Assembly (NCBI GenBank): GCA_963837955.1
Contig: CAWIPH010000002.1
Location: 2,432,001-2,496,000, forward strand
Source: an uncultured Verrucomicrobiae bacterium
GTDB taxonomy: Bacteria > Verrucomicrobiota > Verrucomicrobiia > Chthoniobacterales > JAFAMB01
Length of the DNA stretch: 64,000 nt
Reading direction: 5' to 3'
Positions 1-8,498 of this stretch are shown here, one piece after another. How positions within the stretch are numbered: position 1 is the stretch's first letter; each line of letters starts with the position of its first letter. The notes under the pieces were generated by a model that did no database searches, was not told the origin of the DNA, and was given only the letters and a program-made list of their open reading frames with translations. A program made the position numbers and the translations under genes.

Positions 1-1
1 C

Positions 2-448
2 CTGGCTCCGGAGTTGGCCAAACTGCTAGGAGACCCGGCTAACTTGCAAACCAACAGAACCGATCTGGCCGGGATCTTCATTCCTGATTTGATCAAAGTC
101 GACTTATCGACCGGGCCCGCCAATCTAGCAGGAGCTCCGAGTTTTAATCGACTCGGTATCTTCGGAGGAGATACGCTGATCAGCACGGTACAGCCAGGCT
201 TCGGTAATGGAACTGTCCCCGGGGGTTGGCCAAACGGGCGCCGCTTCGGCGATGATGTTTTGGGGATCGCTGTCATAGCTATCTTGAGCGATCTCCGGAC
301 GAGTCCGCCGACGATTTTCAAGGGATTTGATCCCAAGACGTTCAACGTCGGTGGCGTTATTCAGAACGACATCACCTACAACATGGTATTTCCATACGCG
401 GCGACGCCCCACAACGGACGGGATAACCAGCATCACACTCAACCGTAG
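2..448 (+). CDS. DUF4331-family protein, C-terminal part (5' end outside window)
   Basis: Frame is open from the window edge. Carries PDLIKVDL...GGWPNGRRFGDDV and C-terminal FPYAATP, typical of DUF4331; followed by HupE/UreJ, a common neighbour. Confidence 0.75.
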   Translation: MAPELAKLLGDPANLQTNRTDLAGIFIPDLIKVDLSTGPANLAGAPSFNRLGIFGGDTLISTVQPGFGNGTVPGGWPNGRRFGDDVLGIAVIAILSDLRTSPPTIFKGFDPKTFNVGGVIQNDITYNMVFPYAATPHNGRDNQHHTQP

Positions 449-452
449 TAAC

Positions 453-653
453 GTAACCTGATGCTTCCTCCTTCGTTCCTCCCAAGCCCCCAAACTACGG
501 CGGACAAGCCAGCCTCAGGAAGCAAGTCAGTAATGAGTGATTGGTGAGAGGGTGGTGACATATTTCTGCTAAGGGTTTGCCGATAAGCATCCACCATTCA
601 CCGATTACTTCTCACCAATCCCAATCGCGCTGCGGCCCGAGCGATCAGGCTAC
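453..653. repeat. REP/MITE-like element (GTAGCCTGAT...ATCAGGCTAC family) with internal GTGATTGGTGAGA...TCTCACCAATC arms
   Basis: Ends GTAACCTGATGC / GCGATCAGGCTAC are inverted. The interior aligns by eye with 36054-36243 and, reversed, with 53840-53935. Confidence 0.7.
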
Positions 654-688
654 ATTAACTGCGGCGGCGCCACGAAATCGGACTAACC

Positions 689-1807
689 TTGAAATCACCC
701 ACCCAATTCCTAAGTTCTCGTTTTCGGCTATGTTCTAGTTTTGTTCTCTTCATCATCTGCGCATTGAACGCCCGGGCGCACGATCCTGGACTGAGCAGTG
801 CGACGGTCACTGTCGGAGATCGACGGATCGAAGTACTTCTCGGTTTCGCGGAAAAGGATGTTGAATCCCTGCTTAACGCCACCGGGAATCAACCTGACAT
901 CCGAAGTACCGAAGGATTTGAAACGAACCGGCCGCAACTCGAGTCTCTCGTCCCACGCGAAGTTAGTCTCTTCTTGGATGAGGTCACTGCGCGACCCAAC
1001 CAAGCGACCGCAAAACGCAAAGATAGCCAGAACATTGAAATTCTATTGCGTTTTGAAAGAACAAATGCCGCGCGGTTACGCCTGGTTTCAAAGCTTTTCG
1101 AAAGGCTACCTTTCGGCCACCGTGAGTTTGTGTCGGCTCGAACGACGGGCGGCGCTAGTCTTGGGGAAGTAATGCTCTCGGGGAGGGATACTTCGTTTCA
1201 GATTGACTTACCGGCGGTCGCAGCGTCCGCCACATCTTCGACTATCAGTCACTCTTTCGTCGCTTTTTTGATGCTTGGCGTGGAGCACATATTAACCGGT
1301 TACGATCATCTGCTCTTCCTGTTCGCGTTGCTGGTAGTCTGCCGAGATTTGCGCTCGATTTTGACGGTCATCACCTGTTTTACGGTCGCGCACTCAATCA
1401 CTCTTGGACTTTCTGCACTCGACGTTGTTCGACTGCCTGGCAGGATTGTCGAACCGTTGATCGCGGCCTCCATCGCGTATGTAGGTATCGAAAATCTGAT
1501 TCGAGGCGGCGCTCCCAAGTGGCGTTGGTTAGTAACGTTCTCATTCGGGCTGGTGCATGGACTTGGTTTTGCTGACGCTCTTAAAGAATTCGGAATCGGC
1601 TCCGGTCAATTTGGGATTGTTTTGCCCCTCGTCGGCTTCAACCTTGGCGTGGAGATCGGTCAGCTTTCCGTTGCGGCGGTTGTCCTCCCTATTCTGTGGC
1701 AACTCAGGAACAATCCTGGCTTCGTGCGACAATGGGTCCCGGTGTGCTCGCTGGCTGTCACGTTAGCCGGTAGCTACTGGATGGTGGAACGAATTCTGCA
1801 GAAATAG
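689..1807 (+). CDS. HupE/UreJ family membrane protein with N-terminal extracytoplasmic domain
   Basis: Signal peptide ending ARA-HD; LGVEHILTGYDHLLFL, FTVAHSITL, FGLVHGLGFA and FNLGVEIGQL motifs. Confidence 0.9.
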   Translation: MKSPTQFLSSRFRLCSSFVLFIICALNARAHDPGLSSATVTVGDRRIEVLLGFAEKDVESLLNATGNQPDIRSTEGFETNRPQLESLVPREVSLFLDEVTARPNQATAKRKDSQNIEILLRFERTNAARLRLVSKLFERLPFGHREFVSARTTGGASLGEVMLSGRDTSFQIDLPAVAASATSSTISHSFVAFLMLGVEHILTGYDHLLFLFALLVVCRDLRSILTVITCFTVAHSITLGLSALDVVRLPGRIVEPLIAASIAYVGIENLIRGGAPKWRWLVTFSFGLVHGLGFADALKEFGIGSGQFGIVLPLVGFNLGVEIGQLSVAAVVLPILWQLRNNPGFVRQWVPVCSLAVTLAGSYWMVERILQK

Positions 1808-1846
1808 ATCGAAAGTAAGTTACCAGTCCTGCGGACGCGCATGTGG

Positions 1847-1953
1847 GTCAACCTGTGGCCGATGTGTGGGAGGGCGCACGTCCTCGTGCGCCGCGGATCG
1901 CGAGGACGCGATCCCTCCCCGGGTCCCCTCCGGGACATCGGCCACAGGTTGAC
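1847..1953. repeat. Palindromic element: perfect 19-bp inverted repeat enclosing a GGAGGG...CCCTCC REP pair
   Basis: GTCAACCTGTGGCCGATGT (1847-1865) and ACATCGGCCACAGGTTGAC (1935-1953); the inner part resembles 26934-27056. Confidence 0.8.
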
Positions 1954-2046
1954 GCAGGTGCGCACCCGCGGGATCCAGGTACGTTTTTATGGGGCGGTAA
2001 TCTATGAAAATCCGTGTAATCTGTGGCTTAGTTGTAGGCGGGCTCC

Positions 2047-2550
2047 ATGAGCACAGTTTCTAGGAAGTCTATCGATCCCGGCGTTCGCATCGGACATGTG
2101 CATTTGAAGGTGGCCAGCTTGGAACGCGCCCTCGGTTTCTATCATGGAGTGCTCGGCTTCGATGTCGTGCAGCGGTTTGGGGATGACGCCGCGTTTCTCT
2201 CGGCGGGCGGCTATCATCATCATATCGGATTGAACACCTGGGAAAGCGCGGGCGGCAAACCGCCGCCACCCGGTGCAACCGGGTTATATCACTTCGCCAT
2301 TATCTATCCAACGCGGGCGCGGCTTGCCGATGCGCTTTTGCGATTGTTGAATGCAAAGATTCCGTTAGATGGCGCTTCAGATCATGGGGTGAGCGAAGCA
2401 CTGTACCTGCACGATCCAGACTACAATGGCGTGGAGCTATACTGGGATCGGCCAAAGGAACAGTGGCCCCGTGCGGCGGACGGGGAGATCACCATGTACA
2501 CTCATCCGCTCGATCTCGAAGCACTCCTGGCGGCGGCAGGATCGCGGTAG
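2047..2550 (+). CDS. VOC/glyoxalase superfamily protein (catechol 2,3-dioxygenase-like single domain)
   Basis: IGHVHLKV, AGGYHHHIGLNTW, GLYHFAI and DHGVSEALYLHDPDYNGVELYWDRP motifs. Confidence 0.9.
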   Translation: MSTVSRKSIDPGVRIGHVHLKVASLERALGFYHGVLGFDVVQRFGDDAAFLSAGGYHHHIGLNTWESAGGKPPPPGATGLYHFAIIYPTRARLADALLRLLNAKIPLDGASDHGVSEALYLHDPDYNGVELYWDRPKEQWPRAADGEITMYTHPLDLEALLAAAGSR

Positions 2551-2620
2551 TGGTGGGGGGACTCGGTAAGGGAACTCGCGAGATAGGGGACGCCCGTGAT
2601 CGGGCATTCGGACAGGTCTT

Positions 2621-3220
2621 TTAGTCCGGCGGATTGGCTGCTGGAATTGCCACTTTTCCGCGATCCGCATTCAGTTCCTGGCCGGGCGGCAGCTGTAATT
2701 CCGCGGCGATATCGGTGTCCGTCAACACTGTACCCGGACCGACCTTTGTTTGCCATCCCGGGGGCAACGCCCTGCCCCGATCGAGGTTCAGTTCCAGTCC
2801 AGGCGGAAGTCCATCAACAAATCCCTTCTTCTTGCCGGGAAGAGTTTCATTCTTAGCCACTTGCGTAATGTGGTCGGAATGATGATGGCCTCGAGAGTGA
2901 TGCGCGAGTGCCCTAGAGGTCGTATGGCTAGTGGCTCGGCCTCTGGCGTGATTGGTTCCTGCCTTCGAGAGGCTGTGTGAGTGGCTGCCTCGAGTCGATA
3001 CGGTATTGCTGTTGTTGCTATGCCCAAAGCCCTGACTCATACCATGTCCCACGCCCACTGAACCATCGCCGCCACCGTGGCCACCACCATTCCCCCCTCC
3101 GGCCCCGTTACCGCCACCACCAGCACCACCGCCGCCCCCTCCGGCGCCATGCGCTAGAGCGGAAACCGCCACGCCTGTCGAAATCGTGAAAGACAACAGG
3201 GAGAACAGGATCGTTTTCAC
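2621..3220 (-). CDS. Secreted Gly/His-rich low-complexity protein with LPPG repeats
   Basis: Signal peptide (MKTILFSLL...ALA), poly-Gly tract, His cluster and three LPPG motifs. Confidence 0.65.
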   Translation of the reverse strand: MKTILFSLLSFTISTGVAVSALAHGAGGGGGGAGGGGNGAGGGNGGGHGGGDGSVGVGHGMSQGFGHSNNSNTVSTRGSHSHSLSKAGTNHARGRATSHTTSRALAHHSRGHHHSDHITQVAKNETLPGKKKGFVDGLPPGLELNLDRGRALPPGWQTKVGPGTVLTDTDIAAELQLPPGQELNADRGKVAIPAANPPD

Positions 3221-3410
3221 GATCTGTTTCGACGGACAAGAGTAAAAGAAAATTCGAAGATTTCTCGGAAGAACCAGAAATCAACCGCTGGCTGCCAGTG
3301 TGCTCATAGCCGTAGCCGGATCGAAGTAGCGCGGCGCCGATGTCTGGTTTCGCTCCGATATTCTTTGGCGTCAGGCTGCTATGCTGGCCGGCAGTGCCCG
3401 CATGCCCATA

Positions 3411-3563
3411 GGTCGGAGGGGAGCCGCTTGCGGCTCCCGGGAACACCCCTGGTTCTGAAACGGCCCTGGACTATTCCAAGCGTCGCACATGTCCGACGAA
3501 ACCTTCCACACCGACTAAATCATGGCGAAACAAATTGCCGAAGTCGGAAGCAACGCCCCTCCG
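3411..3563. repeat. REP-like inverted pair (GGTCGGAGGGG...CCCCTCCG family)
   Basis: GGTCGGAGGGGAGCCGCTTGCGGCTCCCGGG at 3411 and GGAAGCAACGCCCCTCCG at about 3546; the same arms occur at 38414-38442 and 58477-58604. Confidence 0.7.
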
Positions 3564-3582
3564 CGCGCATTGGTAAAACACA

Positions 3583-4578
3583 TTAGAATATCCGGAGCGG
3601 AATTTCGGCGGGAGCGGCCAGGAGTGAGTCGATCTCGTCGTCCAGGCGGATTAACGTGAGCGACATACCCGCCATTTCGAGCGACGTACAATAGTTACCG
3701 ACATAGTTGCGAACGACCTGGAGACCCCTCTTTTCGGAGAGCTGTGCCGCGCGACGGTAAAGCACGTAGAGTTCGCTGATCGGCGTGCCGCCAAGCCCGT
3801 TAATCATCAATCCGACCTTATCACCGGATTTAAACGGTAGATCGCCGGCTACCGCTTCAAAGACCTCTTCAACAATTGCGTCGGCAGACTGCAATTTCGC
3901 TCGCCGCCGGCCAGGTTCACCGTGGATGCCAACTCCAATCTCCATCTCGTCATCGGCCAATTCAAAGATCGGCTTGCCTTTTGCGGGTGGCGTACAACCG
4001 GTCAGTGCGACGCCCATCGTCCGAACAACCGAATTCACTTTCTTACCGAGCTCTACCAGTTGGTCGAGCGAGCGACCGGCTTCCGCGGCGGCGCCGCAAG
4101 CTTTGATCACGAAAAAATTTCCAGCTACGCCACGGCGTCCAACGGTGTAAGTGCTGTTCTGAACAGAAACGTCGTCGTCGATAATAACCGTTTCGATCTT
4201 GATCCCCTCAGCTTCGGCCACTTCTTTGGCCATATCCCAGCACATCCGATCTCCCTGATAATTATTGATTAGATGAAGAACTCCCTTGGGCGAATTCATC
4301 AATTTGGTGCAAGCCAGCACATACTCCATCGGAGGAGCAGCAAACACGTTACCCGGACATGCGGCATCAAGCATGCCACGGCCAACGACCATGACGTGGG
4401 CAGGTTCATGGCCACTTCCTGATCCTTGAATGACTGATACTCTATTGGGGTTCGGCGCATCGGCGCGATAGATGATGTTGTGTTCCGGTATCCACTTCAG
4501 GGTCTTTGGATTGGCCAAAGCCAAGCCTTCTAGCATTTCGTGGACAAAATCTGCGGGATCGTTAACGAACTTTTTCAT
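3583..4578 (-). CDS. dhaK: Dihydroxyacetone kinase substrate-binding subunit DhaK
   Basis: Start reassigned to MKKFVND (ATG 4578); GSGSGHEPAH, NNYQGD, GRRGVAG, EIGVGIHGEPG, INGLGGTP and TSLEMAG motifs. Confidence 0.92.
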   Translation of the reverse strand: MKKFVNDPADFVHEMLEGLALANPKTLKWIPEHNIIYRADAPNPNRVSVIQGSGSGHEPAHVMVVGRGMLDAACPGNVFAAPPMEYVLACTKLMNSPKGVLHLINNYQGDRMCWDMAKEVAEAEGIKIETVIIDDDVSVQNSTYTVGRRGVAGNFFVIKACGAAAEAGRSLDQLVELGKKVNSVVRTMGVALTGCTPPAKGKPIFELADDEMEIGVGIHGEPGRRRAKLQSADAIVEEVFEAVAGDLPFKSGDKVGLMINGLGGTPISELYVLYRRAAQLSEKRGLQVVRNYVGNYCTSLEMAGMSLTLIRLDDEIDSLLAAPAEIPLRIF

Positions 4579-4624
4579 GGGGGGATTTTGGTGGTGGTTC
4601 TGAGGATTCGGGGAAGGAATTCGG

Positions 4625-5272
4625 CTAAGAGGTAACCGGAGCAAATCGGGAAGTGAGGGCCTGCATGATCGTGGCGATCGCGACCACTCCCGGGTCGAGC
4701 GTTCCAGCGCTCCGTTCTCCGGTAAACGATTGCCGGCCACGGCGCGCAACCCAGGGCCGGGTAGCCTCTATACTCGCAGTTGCTCTGTCGGCAGCCTCAC
4801 GCAAAGTCGTTATTAACGAGCATTCAGAATCTTGAGCTCGCTCTTCGACTGTGGCCGCGACTGGTTCTAGCGCGTCGAGAATCGTCTTGTCACCGAGACT
4901 GGCGCCACCGCGCGCTTGGATTCCAGCCATGGCGTTACGCAGCATGGCACCGAGTTCAGTGAGCGTGACTGATTCTTTGCCGCGCGAAAGCGCACCGGCG
5001 CGAATGAAACCGGTTCCCCATAATGGTCCGGAACATCCACCAACGTGACCCGTAATCGTGATCCCTATGCCCGAGAGGAGTGATCCGATCGACGATCGGT
5101 CCAAGGACTCCCATTTATTGAGTACTGTACGAAAACCGGTGGCCAGCGAAGTTCCAAAGTCGCCATCTCCGCACGTCCCATCTAGCTCAGAAAAATAGTG
5201 TTCATTGCTGATGGCGGTATCCGCAACCGTGCGTACGGCATTTTCTATGTCCGACAGACTGATAGATTTCAT
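4625..5272 (-). CDS. dhaL: Dihydroxyacetone kinase nucleotide-binding subunit DhaL
   Basis: ELDGTCGDGDFG, VGGCSGPLWG, GDKTILDAL and RRGRQSFTGERSAGTLDPG motifs. Confidence 0.9.
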   Translation of the reverse strand: MKSISLSDIENAVRTVADTAISNEHYFSELDGTCGDGDFGTSLATGFRTVLNKWESLDRSSIGSLLSGIGITITGHVGGCSGPLWGTGFIRAGALSRGKESVTLTELGAMLRNAMAGIQARGGASLGDKTILDALEPVAATVEERAQDSECSLITTLREAADRATASIEATRPWVARRGRQSFTGERSAGTLDPGVVAIATIMQALTSRFAPVTS

Positions 5273-5275
5273 AAC

Positions 5276-6004
5276 TTACATTGACGGGGTCGGGGAATGC
5301 AGATGGCGCTGCAAATCGCTCAAGCTGACGTGCGGTCCTGGTGGATCACCCAGCTCAGGATATACGGCGGCGGCTTCATGAAAATCTTCCGCCACGGTGT
5401 AAGCGCTGGTCGTGATCGCACAGGTAATTCCAGCGCGAATCGCAGCGAGTAAGCCATTATGGCTGTCTTCGATCACCAAGCAGCGTGCCGGATCAAGTTG
5501 AAGACGTTGAATTGCTAACTGATAGATCGCCGGATCTGGCTTCTTTTGGCTGACGATATCTCCCGCAAAGATGCCGGTAAACTTGGCCTGCCGCTCGGGG
5601 CCCAGGAGTCGTCCAACCACGCCGGTGACCGCTCTTTCATTGGATGTAGAGCAAACCGCCAACCGAACGCCGGCTGAGTATGCATCATCAACGATGCGAT
5701 TGATTCCGCTGCGGACTGGCAGATCGCCGGATTCGATTAACTGGATGAAATAGTCTGTCTTGAGCTGGTGCAATCGCTTAATCAACGCATCGCGATCGAC
5801 TGTTTCCACGGGCCACCCGATCTCGTCGAAATAGGACCGCATGCGTTCTTTACCGCCCGCGATTTTCAGGAGATCGCCGTATTCCTTGATACTCCATTCA
5901 AACGGTAAACCGAGAGCCGCGAAGGCGCGGTTGAAGGCTACGCGGTGACCGTCTCGCTCGGTATCCACGAGGACGCCGTCGCAATCAAAAATGAGCGCAT
6001 CCAT
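5276..6004 (-). CDS. HAD-IA phosphatase, CbbY-like
   Basis: ALIFDCDGVLVDTERDGHRVAFN, GGKERM, CSTSNERAV, KKPDPAIY and IEDSHNGL motifs characteristic of the CbbY subgroup. Confidence 0.85.
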   Translation of the reverse strand: MDALIFDCDGVLVDTERDGHRVAFNRAFAALGLPFEWSIKEYGDLLKIAGGKERMRSYFDEIGWPVETVDRDALIKRLHQLKTDYFIQLIESGDLPVRSGINRIVDDAYSAGVRLAVCSTSNERAVTGVVGRLLGPERQAKFTGIFAGDIVSQKKPDPAIYQLAIQRLQLDPARCLVIEDSHNGLLAAIRAGITCAITTSAYTVAEDFHEAAAVYPELGDPPGPHVSLSDLQRHLHSPTPSM

Positions 6005-6013
6005 ATCGAGAAA

Positions 6014-6883
6014 CTACGTACCAACCGATTGGGCCCTTCCGGCACCTCCGAACTGCCGGATCTTCTCTGTAGCCAGCGCTGTTACTGCAGCAGCCTGAGC
6101 CGCGAGCGGCTTCAACGGTTCGTATTCTTCCGGATGTTCCTGATGATAGGAGACAAAGCTATCGATGAAAACGTGCTTCAAGTTGGTGGAGATGTTTACC
6201 TTGGAGCAGCCAAGCTTGATGCAGCGTTGGATGATTTCGTCGGAAAGACCGGTACCTCCATGCAATGCCAGAGGGGTAGAAGTTCCGTGACTGATTGCTT
6301 CCAGTACATCCCAGGCGATGGTTGGTTCGTGTTTGTAAAAACCGTGTGCCGTGCCAATCGCGGGCGCGAACACCGCTAAGTCCACCTCCCGGCAGAACGC
6401 GAAAGCCTGTTCGACATTGGCAGTGTGATCTTTTCCTTCGGCAACGATCACGTCTTCCTCGACCCCACCGATCTCGCCTAGTTCGGCTTCTACGCCGACG
6501 CCGCGTTTGCCGGCTAAAGCCACGATCTCTTTCGTTAACGCAAGGTTTTCTTCGTACGGTTTGTCGGACGCGTCGATCATGACCGACGTCCAACCGGTTT
6601 CAATGCAACGGGCGATCATCTTGGGGTCTTTCCCGTGATCAAGATGTAGCGCGATAGGAGCCGGCGACGCATCAGCCAACTCATGGGCCCAGCTCACGAT
6701 TGGCTCGTGCCCGTAAAATTTCACCGTCTTGGCGGACGTTTGGAGAATCACCGGAGCCTTTAGCGTCGTTGCGGCAGCAACAATCGCTTTCATCGAACCG
6801 TAATCCACCGGATTGAACGCCGCCACCGCCCAGCCATCGCGTCGGGCAACAGCCAGCATCTGTTTCATGCTAACGAGAGGCAT
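6014..6883 (-). CDS. fba: Class II fructose-bisphosphate aldolase family
   Basis: Start MPLVSMK (ATG 6883); HLDHG, SVMIDAS, EAELG, IGTAHG, ALHGGTG and KVNIST motifs. Confidence 0.9.
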   Translation of the reverse strand: MPLVSMKQMLAVARRDGWAVAAFNPVDYGSMKAIVAAATTLKAPVILQTSAKTVKFYGHEPIVSWAHELADASPAPIALHLDHGKDPKMIARCIETGWTSVMIDASDKPYEENLALTKEIVALAGKRGVGVEAELGEIGGVEEDVIVAEGKDHTANVEQAFAFCREVDLAVFAPAIGTAHGFYKHEPTIAWDVLEAISHGTSTPLALHGGTGLSDEIIQRCIKLGCSKVNISTNLKHVFIDSFVSYHQEHPEEYEPLKPLAAQAAAVTALATEKIRQFGGAGRAQSVGT

Positions 6884-7013
6884 ACAAAATGGGATAGGAT
6901 TTGGCCCCACCGCCAGCCCTGCGTCCGGCGATCCCTGAAAAAGCGTTCCGAGAAGGAGTTAAGACGATTGTGCTCCGTCCGTAAAATCGCCCTTTGCTCA
7001 AATTGTTGACCGA

Positions 7014-7149
7014 GTAGCCTGATCCTCCAGCCTCAGGGAGAGGGTGATTGGTGAGAAGTGATTGGTGATTGGCGAAAGGCTTCCACCATTCACTAATCAC
7101 TAATCACCGATCACAATCACCCCGCCCTGAGGCTGGAGCATCAGGCTAC
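7014..7149. repeat. GTAGCCTGAT-family REP/MITE overlapping the LacI stop codon
   Basis: GTAGCCTGATCCTCCAGCCTCAGGG ... CCCTGAGGCTGGAGCATCAGGCTAC inverted arms around GTGATTG/CAATCAC heptamers. Confidence 0.8.
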
Positions 7150-8202
7150 GGCGCTGAGTTCTGTTGCCTGATTTGTCAGCGCTCGCACGGTGCGACCTTC
7201 GTACCAAGTGCCTTCAACCATGAGGAGATACGCGCGTGCGGGCACACCGCGCTCGTTCCGGTGTAACATATCGACGAGCAAGTCCACAGCCATAACACCG
7301 ATCTGGAACGAATTTTTTTTCATCCCTGATAAGCCAAGACGGCCTTCATCTAGAGAGTGATAAGCCACGCCAATATCTTCGGGAACTCGATAGCCAGCGC
7401 GTTTGAGACTGGCTAACACGTCGACCAGTTTCGTGACAATCGCGTCAGGCTGGAAGCGATCGACCCATGATAGAAAATCTTGATCATTCCAGCCTTCCAG
7501 AATCAGTGGCGGAATGGCTTGATCAGCGCACAAACGGTTTTGCTCAACCAAGTACGCGGCCAGCCAATTATGGTCGACTCGCTCATCCTGATTTCGGAGA
7601 TTCACCAAACCGACCCGGCGATAGCCTCTGTGGTTCAGCTCTGAGAAAAGGGTGCCCATCGTTCGGTACTCATGATTTGATACCAGGTGCAAACGCGGGT
7701 GGGTGAGCGTGTAACCAAACGTAACCGCTGAAAGATTCTTCCAGTCCAGATCGATCGCACCCAATCGCTCTTGCGGAGGAAGCAACACTCCCTGGATTCC
7801 CCGTGTCCAAAAAATCTTACTCATCCTGAGTGGGTTCATGCCTGGAGCAGCTAACCAGAATTGTTCGAGCCGATAGCCCCGTTCGGCGGCCCGGGCGGAG
7901 GCTCCTTGGAAATAGTCGCGGTTGCAGGCCGACGCCGTCCAACCTTTCTCGGTGCGGTGATTCGTCAGCCACGCGATGACACCTCTTTCTGTCGGAGGTC
8001 GTTTCATTTCGCGATAAGCGCAAAGCGCCGAGAGCATGGCATCCGCTCTGTACCCGAGCTGGCGCGCGATTGCCTGGATTCGTTCCTTTGTCTGTGCCGG
8101 GATCCGCGGATGGTCGCGAAGAGCTAGCGACACGGTGGAATAATGACAGCCGGCCTTCCGGGCAATGTCGCGGATTGTAGGACGCAGTTCGGAGCTCGAC
8201 AT
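7141..8202 (-). CDS. LacI family transcriptional regulator
   Basis: N-terminal HTH (PTIRDIARKAGCHYSTVSLALRD) plus a periplasmic-binding-protein-like effector domain (GYRVPEDIGVA); start taken at ATG 8202. Confidence 0.9.
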   Translation of the reverse strand: MSSSELRPTIRDIARKAGCHYSTVSLALRDHPRIPAQTKERIQAIARQLGYRADAMLSALCAYREMKRPPTERGVIAWLTNHRTEKGWTASACNRDYFQGASARAAERGYRLEQFWLAAPGMNPLRMSKIFWTRGIQGVLLPPQERLGAIDLDWKNLSAVTFGYTLTHPRLHLVSNHEYRTMGTLFSELNHRGYRRVGLVNLRNQDERVDHNWLAAYLVEQNRLCADQAIPPLILEGWNDQDFLSWVDRFQPDAIVTKLVDVLASLKRAGYRVPEDIGVAYHSLDEGRLGLSGMKKNSFQIGVMAVDLLVDMLHRNERGVPARAYLLMVEGTWYEGRTVRALTNQATELSAVA

Positions 8203-8333
8203 AAGTCGATCGGTTTGGGGATCAGCAAACATCACCCGACTCGTATGCAGATACAAGCCCGTCCGCAGAGTAGAGAGTCAGGAATGCCCTCGGCGATTGC
8301 AAGATGGTTCACTTTTGTCGTCGTGCTTCAGTC

Positions 8334-8437
8334 CTCTCACCAATCACCAATCACTAGTCACCAACAAGCTCCCTGAGGCTAACTTGTCCGCCGTAGTTTT
8401 GGGTTTGTGGGGAACGAAGGAGGAAGCATCAGTCTAC
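8334..8437. repeat. Partial copy of the GTAGCCTGAT-family element
   Basis: 8371-8437 is approximately the reverse complement of 453-520. Confidence 0.65.
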
Positions 8438-8498
8438 TTTGTTCTTCAACGCGCAAACTCACCGAAACAATCGGGCTGAGTGGTGTGTCCTAACGAGC

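Noticed and set aside
4579..4749. 57-aa N-terminal extension of DhaK in the ORF track
   Set aside because: Overlaps dhaL; the family N-terminus MKKFVN starts at 4578.
5276..6883. Calvin-cycle operon (cbbY plus aldolase)
   Set aside because: No Rubisco, phosphoribulokinase or CbbR-linked cbb genes in the window.
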